NCBI RefSeq assembly: GCF_964213995.1
Contig: NC_135825.1
Coordinates: forward strand, 52,762,001 to 52,826,000
Direction of reading: 5' to 3'
DNA: 64,000 nucleotides
DNA from: Mustelus asterias
Lineage: Eukaryota
This document shows, piece by piece, positions 51,531 to 63,316 of this stretch (position 1 is the first letter of the stretch; the number at the start of each line of letters is the position of its first letter). Position numbers and translations under genes: made by a program. The notes under the pieces were generated by a model. It was given only the letters and a program-made list of their open reading frames with translations. It ran no database searches and was not told the origin of the DNA.

Positions 51531-53867
51531 GAGAGCAGGAACCGTCATGCTTTTTGATCCAGCCAATTCTAATGGTGGCCATATCCTTTCAAGTCTGCAT
51601 CCCTTTGATGAAGTGCAGATGAAGGCCAAAGAGGGGGGGTGAGTGAGGGTGAGTAACCAGGGTGAGTACAGGTTTTAATGAAGACTAGGACATCAAAGAC
51701 CAACACCAGATCATCTACCGCGTGCTTCCTCATGCTTTGGGTCAAAAGGTGATCTATTAGCATGTCCAGAAAGGAAACTGTTTTGCTCCTATGCCCAGTT
51801 AGTTCCCAAATAACTGATGATAATTATGTTTTGTACTCGAGCAGACGTCCCAAACCTATTTGCACAGGTCAGCAGCCGTTGCCTCATTGTAATCTGATGA
51901 TCTGTAACATAGACCACAACTAGATACTAATCTTGTTTTCATCTAAAAGTTAGCCAACAATGAGGCAACAAAACCAAGAATAGCAAATTTCAAATCTCCA
52001 GGTCCATACTAATGAATAAGAAAAACTACAAATAGACTATTTTGCCATAATCACAGTTTTGGTTTCCTTATCTGAAAAAAGGATGTGATTGCTTTAGAAA
52101 CAGTTCAGAGAGAGGTCACTTCCTGCATTGCTGGAATGAAAGGTTGTGCTTGTATCCATTGGAGATTAGAAGGATGAGAGGTGATCTTACTGAAGGATAG
52201 AAGATCCTGAGGAGACTTGATAGGATGGATACTGGGAAGATGTTTCCTCTTGTGGGGATGACTAGAACGAGGGGACACTGTTTAAAAAATAAGACAGAGA
52301 TGAGAATATTTTTTCGCTGGGTTTTCTTCACCCGAAACTATTCCCTTCCCCAGAAGGCAATGGAGGCTGAGTCACTGAATTCCAGGCAGCATTAGATACA
52401 TGTTTGGTTGACAATTGTAATGGGGAGGGTGCCTGTCAGGAAAGTAGAGTTAAGACCACACACACAGATCAGCCGTGATCTTATCAAATGACCAAGCAGC
52501 TTCCAAGGGCCTAAGGAATGGGCCATGAGTCCTAGGTACCTTGATACATGTTTTTGTTTCGATGTGATGAAGATATAGGTGCAGATGGTGCTAATTAAGG
52601 AAAATTAAATATTCCAACATAAGATTACCTCAATTAGACAAAAATAATCATTATTGATTTCAGTATATTGGATTGATTTCTGAGAACATGCCCATGATGG
52701 GAGAAAGTCCACCAACAGCCATTCATTGCAAGGATCGACTATAGTTAATGGCATGACTGATATTTTTCAATATTCCACATCATGGGTATTTCAGTGCTTT
52801 CTCAGCAAACACTCCTTTATCTTTGAACTCTAGTTTTCTGTAACTTGTGGCAAGTAAAAGACAACCGATTCTCTCCACGTACAAGTAAGTTTAATTCCAA
52901 ACTAGTGCATGAGAGTATGAGCTTTGGGTAATCTGGCCCAGTCCCAACAGCCCCCTTCCACCCTCGACCTTGCTAGTACGTAAGTGTGGATACCAATGGT
53001 GGCATCTCTGCTGCTTTTCCCAGCAGAGATCAGCTACAGTCAACACAGGTCAATAAACCTCAAGCTCAGCTCCACATTGCACAATGCTTCACTAAGCTTC
53101 AGAAGGTGCAAATGCCTGTGTCACCCATAGCACCAACATACCAAGGGAGTGATCATTCCACTAATTTGGAACCATGTATTGGGCATCGAGAGTTAGTTAT
53201 AGCTGTAGATGTAATTTTTCTTTATGAATTCCATTCTGATTATTAAAAAGACTATGAATAGAAAGGGGATAAACTGTAAATATTGGTATTGGAATGAAGA
53301 CACTAGCAGGGAAACCATTATTGATGAAAAGATTGCTTTCTGAAAGCTTTGAAATTCATGAGTTTGTGTGGGTTTTAGGATAGAAGTGAAAACCTTTACA
53401 GGAATGTTACATTCCAAGCCCTGTCCGTGGCACAGTGATCAGCACTGCTGCCTCACAGCACCAGGGACTCTGCTTGGATCCCCAGCTTGAGTCACTGTGC
53501 GGAGTCTACATGTTCTCCCCGTGTCTGCGTGGGTTTCCTCCCACAGTCTGAAAGACGTGCAGGTTAGGTGCATTGGCCATGCTAAATTCTCCCTCAGTGT
53601 ACCCAAACAGGCAGCAGATTGTGGATTTTCACAGTAACTTCATTGCAGTGTTAATGCAAGCCTACTTGTGACACTTTTTAAATAAACTTAAACTTGTTCT
53701 TAATCTCCGTTGTATCGCTCCCTAATGCCTATAGTGTATTATTATTCCTGGAGAAGTAATTTAAAGGCACCATCATCTGGTATTAATGGGGAAAGATGGT
53801 TCCACCAGATGATGAAAGAATTGAGAAGCACAAAGGTAGGCAGTCGAAATTTTATTGTAAAATACAA

Positions 53868-53952
53868 GTGTCGGTGATGACTATTGGATATTGAATATGA
53901 TCCTATTTTGTCAGTTGTGATATCTGCTACATAACGAGGTGCTCTGAGATAC
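53868..53952 (+). ncRNA. Candidate box C/D snoRNA (target not identified)
   Basis: Box C GTGATGA at 53874-80 and box D CTGA at 53944-47 (preceded by T). The 5-bp terminal stem GTGTC/GATAC is in canonical kink-turn register. It lies within a GT-AG intron at 53836-53999. Confidence 0.5.
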
Positions 53953-54689
53953 AATAATTTATTACCATATTGTAAACCTACGTGAACACATTTTTACAGA
54001 CTTGAGGCAGACCTATATTGAAATAACAGTGCATTATTAGGCAGTTCTGAACCTCCTTTGCCTAAGGTACAGTGACTACTTGCTAAGAGCTGAAGTTGGA
54101 GACAGACAGGAAACTATAATTCAGCAAACTTAAGATGCATGGTAAGAGAAATTAAAGAAAATCCTTTCAGTTCAGTCCAAGTGAAATAGAATAAATGAGT
54201 TTAGCTTCTTCCCAGGTGTCCCAGTGCATCGTGTAGCACTACTGAAGTGATTGGCACACAGCACCCATACTCTATAATAAAGAAAAGTATACAGTTACTC
54301 TTTATATATCAGAGAGTGCAGAGCATTGGAAAGATGTTACTGTTGCGAGCTGGTTATTGGTTTATTAGAAATAAATGTTTTCCTTAGACTAGTATTCAAG
54401 TGGTTGGGTACCAGCACCAAAGGGCTCGGACTAGTGAGCTGAAGACATGTATTCAAAAACCCATCATGATGCATTTACAGCAAATAAATCTGAAATAAAA
54501 ACCTATTCTCCGTAACGGTCATCGTAAAACCTCCACATTTCCATCTGGTTCACTGATCTTTTTTAGGAAAGGAAATCTGCCATTCTTGGGTTTATACATG
54601 ACTCCAGACCTACTGTGATGTGACTGACACTTCACTTGCCTCCAAAATAGCCTAATGAGCCATTAAATTGTGTCACAGGCAATTGTGGA

Positions 54690-55277
54690 CCGTGCCACAG
54701 GACCCTGTGCTATAAGGGATGTTCCCAGAGACGCATCAAGACAGCAGCTGTTACTGGAGGATCGCTAACTCCGTGAAAGACATTCCTTTTTCCACACAAA
54801 CCTTGTTGATCTTCCGGTTAAAAGAATCGTCCTCCGAGTGTTGCAGACTGGCACATTCCAAAGCCCAGGTCTGCGTGCTGAGGGATGCACAAGCTTGGGG
54901 CGGCTGCCACAGAAGTCCAATGAGGGAAGGTTGCTGTCCAAGACCCTTCAGTCACTCTGAACTGAGGAGAGTGGAATTGTATAGAACTCCACTGGGGGCC
55001 ACATGACTCGCATTGAATGCATACAGTGGATATTACATGTACAGAAGCACCTTGATGCAACCTGATCCGTGCTGGCAACCTAAATACCTTTGCACCATTT
55101 GTAATTACCATTTTGAAATGTCTGTAATGTTTCTTTGACTGTACTAAAGCGTTTCAAGAGTGCAACATAACGTAGGTAGAGAACCTGAGTATTATTGCAC
55201 TGTTTATGACAGCCTTTTGGAAATGTTTGTAATGTTCCTTCAGATATTTTACAAATAAAGTATAGTTTTACAAAAAT
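54690..55277 (+). mobile_element. Tx1/L1-clade LINE 3' end
   Basis: C-terminus WRIANSVKD...ECCRLAHSKAQVCVLRDA; 3' UTR with AATAAA and an A-rich end. Confidence 0.65.
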
Positions 55278-56622
55278 GTGAGATGCTGGCCTTCCCATTG
55301 ATGCCTACTACCCATGGATTAATAAAAAGCAATGTATTTAAGCCTTGTATCATGTACAATGATAGTCGATGCAGGCGTACTCCCGTGTACAGCTATTTTT
55401 AAAAGGCATTCAAATTGAACTGTTCAGTCACCCCATAATCAACTCGGTTGTAATCCTAACATTTTATTTGTTGGGTTTTTTCTCACTGCAGTTCAACAAA
55501 AGATATTATAAAGAATAAGCAGAGGGAACTTAAGTTTTTAAAATACCTTTTCAAGAATGTTCCAAAGCACGTTGTAATGTAGGGTAACGCAATAGTTAAT
55601 TTGAGCAAAGTAAGGGTCACGCCATGATCATTTGTTTTAGTGACCTTTGGGGCATAAATGTTGGCCAGGACACCAAGACAACCCAGCTTTCCTCTGAAAA
55701 GTACCATGAGTTATTTTGCATCCACCTGAGGGAGCAGAAAGGGAACCATTTTTGTGCCTAGTCCCATTGACCTGCACCTGGACCATATCCCCCAGCAACA
55801 TCCTTGTAAGCCTCGGTTTAACATCTCACCTGAACTTCAGCATCTTTGACCGTGCACCTTCGCTCTGCGTACTGTGCTGAAGTCTTTAGGCTAGGGTTCT
55901 GAACATGTGACCTCCCAACTCCGAGTGTTGCCCTCGAGTTAAGGCTGCCACAGAGGGTTATTGGGGTGGATCGCAGTTATTTCAGGCTAAGCCCATCATC
56001 ACATTAGCTTCAAGTTGATGCAGAACTGGATACACTGCACAGCATTCCACACCAGATATCCACATGTACAGTAAATAAAAATCATTATTAACGCTTACTG
56101 CAGCCAACTCATTGCTGGGACATAATTGGAAAAGTTTCCATTCTCATTGTAGACCTGACAGGATTACTTGGTCTTTGGTGTACCCTCCCCTAGACTGGCT
56201 GATCTATAAATACTTAGAGACAGCTGAAATTATACAAAGAAATATGAGACCCTCACATAGTTAGAGCACCATGCAACAAAGAGTAAGGCACTACGGGATA
56301 TTGGAATTAATTCTAAAGCTGTCGCTGGGTGTTCCCAGTACTATCACAACCTTTTCATTGAATGTTCCTATGTACAAAGTGCCTGGTGCTTAAATATAAT
56401 TGCACCAATTAAATTAATTCCTGATTTTTTGAATAGCTTTAGAATTAAATTATTCAGATTACTGGAACATTATAGATATGGAAATGAAAAGTTGGTGAAT
56501 CAGAGGAGTGGTAGTCTTGAAGGACATTTCTGCCTGTGGTTGAATAGCTAACTGCATCAACTTCCAGTCACAGATTTTTCATTCAAAGATGTGCACTTAT
56601 CTAGATTTAATAGCGTGTCACC

Positions 56623-59600
56623 ATAGAACATTACAGCACAGAAACAGGCTTTTTGGCTCTTCTTGCCTGTGCCGCACCATTTTTGTGCCTAGTCCCACTG
56701 ACCTGCACCTGGACCATATCCCTCCACACCCCTCTCATCCATGTACCTGTCCAAGTTTTTCTTAAATGTTAAAAGTGAGCCCGCATTCACCACCTCCTCT
56801 GGCAGCTCATTCCAAACTCCCACCTCTCTCTGTGTGAAGAAGCCCCCCCCTAATATTCCCTTTAAACTTGTCCCCCCTTACCCTTAACCCATGTCCTCTA
56901 GTCATTTTCTCCCCTAGCCTCAGTGGAAAAAGCCTGCTTGCATTCACTCTATCTATACCCATCATAATTTTATACACCTCTATCAAATCTCCCCTCATTC
57001 TTCTACGCTCCAGGGAATAAAGTGCTAACCTATTCAACCTTTCTCTGTAACTCAGTTTCTCAAGTCCCAGCAACATCCTTGTGAACCTTCTCTGCACTCT
57101 TTCAACCTTAATATCCTTCCTGTAATTAGGTGACCAAAACTGCACACAATACTCTAAATTTGGCTTCACCAATGTCTTATACAACCTCACCATAACATTC
57201 CAACTCCAATACTCAATACTTTGATTTATAAAGACCAATGTACCAAAAGCACTCTTTACGACCCTATCTACCTGTGACGCCACTTTTAGGGAATTATGTA
57301 TCTGTATTCCCAGATCCCTCTGTTCTACTGCACACTTCAGTGTCCTACCATTTACCTTGTATGTTCTACCTTGGTTTGTCCTTCCAAAGTGCAATACCTC
57401 ACACTTGTCTGCATTAAACTCCACCTGCCCTTTTTCTAGCTGGTCCAAATCCCTCTGCAAGCTTTGAAAACCTTCCTCACTGTCCACTACACCGCCAATC
57501 TTTGTATCATCAGCAAACTTGCTGATCCAATTTACCACATTATCATCCAGATCATTGATATAGATGACAAACAACAATGGACCCAGCACTGATCCCTGTG
57601 GCATACCACTAGTCACAGGCCTCCACTCAGTGAAGCAATCCTCCACTACCGCTCTCTGGCTCTACCTCCACTACCTCTCCATGTATACCTAGCGACTGAA
57701 CCTTCCTGACTAACCTCCCATGCGGGACCTTGTCAAAGGCCTTACTGAAGTCCATGTAGACAACATCCACTGCCTTCCCTTCATCCACTTTCCTGGTAAC
57801 CTCCTCGAAAAACTCTAATAGATTAGTTAAACATGACCTACCACGCACAAAGCCATGTTGATTCCCTAATAAGTCCCTGTCTATCCAAATATTTGTAGAT
57901 CCTATCTCTTAATATTCCTTCCAATAATTTACCTACTACTGACGTCAAACTTACCGGCCTATAATTTCCCGCATTACTTTTTGAGCCTTTTTTAAACAAC
58001 AGAACAACATGAGCTATCCTCCAATCATCCGACACCTCACCTGTGGATACCGACATTTTAAATATATCTGCCAGGGCCCCTGCAATTTCAACACGAGTCT
58101 CCTTCAAGGTCCGAGGGAATACCCTGTCCGGCCCTGGGGATTTATCTACTCTGATTTGCCTCAAGACAGCAAGCACCTCCTCCACTTTAATCTGTATAGG
58201 TTCCATGACCTCCCTACTTGTTTGCCTTATTTCCATAGACTCCATGCCAGTTTCCTTAGTAAATACGGAGGCAAAAAACCCATTTAATATCTCCCCCATT
58301 TCTTTTGGTTCCATACATAGCCAACAACTCTGATCTTCAAGAGGACCAATTTTATCCCTTACTATCCTTTTGCTCTTAATATACCTGTAGAAGCTCTTAG
58401 GATTATCCTTTACCTTGTCTGCCAAAGCAACCTCGTGTCTTCTTTTAGCCCTCCTGATTTCTTTCTTAAGTAGTTTCTTGCACTTTATACTCCTCAAGCA
58501 TCTTATTTGCTCCCTGTTGCCTATACATGTCACACATCTCCCTCCTCTTTATCAGAGTTCCAATATCCCTCGAGAACCAAGGTTCCTTATTCTTATTCAC
58601 TTTGCCTTTAATCCTGACAGGAACATACAAACTCTGCACTCTCAAAATTTCTCCTTTGAAGGCCTCCCACTTACCAATCACATCCTTGCCAGAGAACAGC
58701 CTGTCCCAATCCACGCTTTTTAGATCCTTTCTCATTTCTTCAAATTTGGCCTTTTTCCAGTTTAGAACCTCAACCCGAGGACCAGATCTATCTTTATCCA
58801 TGATCAAGTTGAAACTAATGGCTTTATGATCACTGGAACCAAAGTGTTCCCCTACACACACTTCCGTCACTTGTCCTAACTTGTTTCCTAATAGGAGATC
58901 TAATGCCTCCTGTCTCGTCGGTACCTCTACATATTGATTTAGAAAATTTTCCTGAACACATTTTACAATCTCTAACCCGTCTAGACCTTTAACAGTATGG
59001 GAGTCCCAATCTATATGTGGAAAATTAAAATCCCCTACTATCACAACTTTATGTTTCCTGCAGTTGTCTGCTATCCCTGTGCAGATTTGCTCCTCCAATT
59101 CTCGCTGACTATTGGGTGGTCTATAATACAACCCCATTAATGTGGTCATACCTTTCCTGTTTCTCAGCTCCACCCATATGGCCTCGGTAGACAAGCCCTC
59201 TAATGTGTCCTGCCTGAGCACTGCTGTAACATTTTCCCTGATTAGCAATGCCACCCCCCCACCCTTCAGCCCTCTGCCTCTATCACGTCTGAAACATCGG
59301 AACCCTGGAACATTGAGCTGCCAGCCCTGCCCCTCCTGTAGCCAAGTTTCACTAATGGCTATAATGTCATAATTCCATGTGTCGATCCACGCCCTCAGCT
59401 TGTATTCCCCACAATACTCCTGGCATTAAAATAGACACACCTCAGAAGATTATTACCACCACACACAACCCTTCTATTTGTGATTTTGCATGAACTATTA
59501 ACATCATTTATTTTCACCCCTGCTCCACTATCTGCTCTGGCATTTTGGTTCCCATCCCCCTGCAAATCTAGTTTAAACCCTCCCCAATAACACTAACAAA

Positions 59601-60165
59601 CCTCCCTGCAAGTATATTGGTCCCCTTGTAGTTCAGGTGTAACCTATCTCTCTTGTACAGGTCCCACCTGCCCCAGAAGAGGTCCCAATGATCTAGAAAT
59701 CTGAAACCCTGACCCCTGCACAAGTTCCTCAGCCACATGTTCATCCGCCCGAGCATCCTACTCTTACCCTCACTGGTACGTGGCACAGGTAGCAATCCTG
59801 AGATTACTACCCTCGGGGTCCTGCTTTTTAACTTCCTACCAAGCTCTCTATACTCAGACTTCAGGACCTCCTCACTCTTCCTTCCTACGTCATTGGTACC
59901 AATGTGTACCATGACATCTGGCTGATCACCCTCCCACTTCAGAATGCTGTGCACGCGATCAGAGACATCCCTGACCCTCGCACCTGGGAGGCAACAAACC
60001 ATCCGGGAGTCTCTGTCAGAACTTCCTGTCTGTACCTCTGACAATCGAGTCCCCTATCACTACCGCTCTCCTCTTCTTCCACCCTCCCTTCTGCGCTGCA
60101 GAACCAGACTCAGTGCCAGAGATCCGGCTGCCGCAGCTTGTCCCAGGTAAGGCATCCCCCACAAC
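56623..60165 (-). mobile_element. 3.5-kb CR1 LINE: partial ORF1 (SGNH esterase) and frameshifted ORF2 (APE endonuclease plus RT)
   Basis: ORF1 VVIGDSIVRG, VCCLPGARV and VHIGTNDVG; ORF2 YYRPPN, VGDFNFPHIDW, KSPGPD, NYRPVSLTS and KFADDTK. Several frameshifts. Confidence 0.95.
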
Positions 60166-60746
60166 ACAACCTTTGACATCACCTTTGGAATGACCACCTC
60201 CGGTGACGATATCATCAATAGTTGCAAAACATATTTCAACTGATTCCAGCATAAACTACGAATGCAATCAAAAATACAAACCTGGGAAACCATCTTCACT
60301 TGCACACGGCAGGTACTAATGCAATGCAGATTCCAGTTCCAAAAGCACAGCTTTCTCACCTCTTAATGGTGGAATTACAGCCCATGAGAGCAAGAGTGAC
60401 TGATCAACAGAGTGAAAGGGACAATATTGAATCAGACATCTATTGTACCTTTCTCTATTCCTATTGACTTCACTGCTGGAGTTGGAAATAGAGAAAGATA
60501 TGCATGATGATTTTATTAACTATAAAACCTTTATTTTAGGTACTAATATATGTCATTGATTCTCTGAAGCATAATAAGTACCTTGTTTGTAGGCACCAAA
60601 AGGTGCTAGTCGAACATAGGAAACCATTTAGCCAATGTCAGGGATTGAGGCATGAAAGGTTTGACTGGTGATGTATTTGATCTAAAATGGCTGAACCATC
60701 AATGGGAGTTTGCTGTAGAAGTTGTTCAAGACACACATAGATCATG

Positions 60747-61050
60747 GGGTGGCGCAGTGGTTAGCACTGCTGCCTCGCAGCGCCAGGGACCCGGGTTCAG
60801 TTCCGGCCTCGGGTGGCTGTCTGTGTGGAATTTGCACATTCTCCCCGTGTCTGCGTGGGTTTCCTCCGGGTGCTCCAGTTGCTTCCCACAGTCCAAAGAC
60901 GTGCGGGTTAGGTTGATTGGCCATGCTAAATTGCCCCTTAGTTTCGGGGGGGTTAGCAGGATAAATACGAGGGGTTACGGGGATATGGCCTGGTTGGGAT
61001 GGTTGCCAGTGCAGGCCGAATGGCCCCTTTCTGCATGGTAGGGATTCTTT
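60747..61050 (+). mobile_element. HE1-type SINE
   Basis: Full head and CR1-like tail. Confidence 0.85.
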
Positions 61051-61156
61051 GATTTGATGATGATCCCCGCAACAAGTCTGGTCAACCTTTGTTGCACTTC
61101 GATAACAATAATATCCTTCATAAGGTAATGGGAGCAAAACTGCACACACTACTCCA

Positions 61157-61257
61157 GTTAGGAACAAAAGAGTTGTGTTAGGAACAAAAGAGTTGTGTTA
61201 GGAACAAAAGAGTTGTGTTAGGAACAAAAGAGTTGTAGTTAGGAACAAAAGAGTTGT
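61157..61257 (+). repeat. 20-bp tandem repeat, 5 copies (GTTAGGAACAAAAGAGTTGT), at the CR1 5' junction
   Basis: Five identical units with one extra A before the last; the last unit is the start of the CR1 body. Confidence 0.95.
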
Positions 61258-63033
61258 CAGGGAGAAAATCGGACCTCTCAGGGACAAAGGAGGGGAATTA
61301 TGCTTAGAACCCAAGGGAATAGGGGAGATCCTAAATGAATACTTTGCATCGGTATTCACGAAGGAGAGGGGCGTGTTAACCGGGAGTGTCTCGGAGGGAG
61401 GTGTTGACCCGTTAGAGAAAATCTCCATTACAAGAGAGGAAGTGTTAGGTTTTTTAGGGAACATTAAAACTGACAAAGCCCCAGGGCCTGATGGCATCTA
61501 TCCTCGACTGCTCAGGGAGACGAGAGGTGAAATTGCTGGGCCTCTGACGGAAATCTTTGTCGCTTCTTTGGACACGGGTGAGGTCCCTGAGGATTGGAGG
61601 ATAGCGAATGTGGTCCCGCTGTTTAAGAAGGGTAGCAGGGATAACCCAGGAAATTATAGGTCGGTGAGCTTGATGTCCGTGGTAGGGAAGTTGTTGGAGA
61701 GGATTCTTAGAGACAGGATGTATGTGCATTTAGAACGGAACAATCTCATTAGTGACAGACAGCATGGTTTTGTAAGAGGGAGGTCGTGCCTTACAAATTT
61801 GGTGGAGTTTTTTGAGGAAGTGACAAAAACGGTTGATGAAGGAAGGGCCGTGGATGTCGTCTATATGGATTTCAGTAAGGCATTTGACAAAGTCCCACAT
61901 GGCAGGTTGGTTAAGAAGGTTAAGGCTCATGGGATACAAGGAGAAGTGGCTCGATGGGTGGAGAACTGGCTTGGCCATAGGAGACAGAGGGTAGTGGTCG
62001 AAGGGTCTTTTTCCGGCTGGAGGTCTGTGACCAGTGGTGTTCCGCAGGGCTCTGTACTAGGACCTCTGCTATTTGTGATATATATAAATGATTTGGAAGA
62101 AGGTGTAACTGGTGTAATCAGCAAGTTTGCGGATGACACGAAGATGGCTGGAATTGCGGATAGCGAAGAGCATTGTCGGGCAATACAGCAGGATATAGAT
62201 AGGCTGGAAAATTGGGCGGAGAGGTGGCAGATGGAATTTAATCTGGATAAATGCGAAGTGATGCATTTTGGAAGAAATAATGTAGGGAGGAGTTATACAA
62301 TAAATGGCAGAGTCATCAGGAGTATAGAAACACAGAGGGACCTAGGTGTGCAAGTCCACAAATCCTTGAAGGTGGCAACACAGGTGGAGAAGGTGGTGAA
62401 GAAGGCATATGGTATGCTTGCCTTTATAGGACGGGGTATAGAGTATAAAAGCTGGAGTCTGATGATGCAGCTGTATAGAACGCTGGTTAGGCCACATTTG
62501 GAGTACTGCGTCCAGTTCTGGTCGCCGCACTACCAGAAGGACGTGGAGGCGTTGGAGAGAGTGCAGAGAAGGTTTACCAGGATGTTGCCTGGTATGGAGG
62601 GTCTTAGCTATGAGGAGATATTGGGTAGACTGGGGTTGTTCTCCTTGGAAAGACGGAGAATGAGGGGAGATCTAATAGAGGTGTACAAGATTATGAAGGG
62701 TATAGATAGGGTGAACAGTGGGAAGCTTTTTCCCAGGTCGGAGGTGACGATCACGAGGGGTCACGGGCTCAAGCTGAGAGGGGCGAAGTATAACTCAGAC
62801 ATCAGAGGGACGTTTTTTACACAGAGGGTGGTGGGGGCCTGGAATGCGCTGCCAAGTAGGGTGGTGGAGGCAGGCACGCTGACATAGTTTAAGACTTACC
62901 TGGATAGTCACATGAGCAGCCTGGGAATGGAGGGATACAAACGATTGGTCTAGTTGGACCAAGGAGCGGCACAGGCTTGGAGGGCCGAAGGGCCTGTTTC
63001 CTGTGCTGTACTGTTCTTTGTTCTTTGTTCTTT
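61238..63033 (+). mobile_element. Young 5'-truncated CR1 LINE with an uninterrupted RT reading frame (61238-62887)
   Basis: 549 open codons (VRNKRVVREKIGP...KFADDTK...), one premature TAG near the C-terminus and a (TTCTTTG)n tail. Inserted into an older - strand CR1 (about 61110-61156 and 63034-63310). Confidence 0.95.
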
Positions 63034-63316
63034 GTACGGCCTAACCAAAGTTGTATACAATTGAAGCAAAACTTCACTACTCCTGTACTGAAACCCTCTT
63101 GCAATAAAGGCCAACATACCATTCGCCTTCCTAATTGCCAGCTGAAACTGCCTTCAGTGACTTATTGATGAGGACACCCAGGTCCTTTTGTATCTCTATA
63201 AACTCTAACCTCTTACCATTTAATAAATACTCTGCACGTCTATTCCTCCTTCCAAAGTCCAAGTTAATTTGCATTTCTTTCACATTATATTCCATCTGTT
63301 CTTGTCCACTCATTGT

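Noticed and set aside
52555-52690. Second C/D-like pair (GTGATGA 52564, CTGA 52680)
   Set aside because: The terminal stem is out of register and the interior is long and AT-rich; likely chance.
56203-56226. MEF2-like CTATAAATAC next to an E-box CAGCTG
   Set aside because: Imperfect match; short motifs like this are expected by chance.
60499-60573. Third C/D-like pair (ATGATGA 60504, CTGA 60564, TATGC/GCATA)
   Set aside because: The stem is shifted from the canonical register, the interior is very AT-rich, and there is no clear host intron.
61157-61257. CRISPR-like appearance of the short direct repeats (also 44742-44902)
   Set aside because: Head-to-tail units with no spacers, in eukaryotic DNA with no cas genes.
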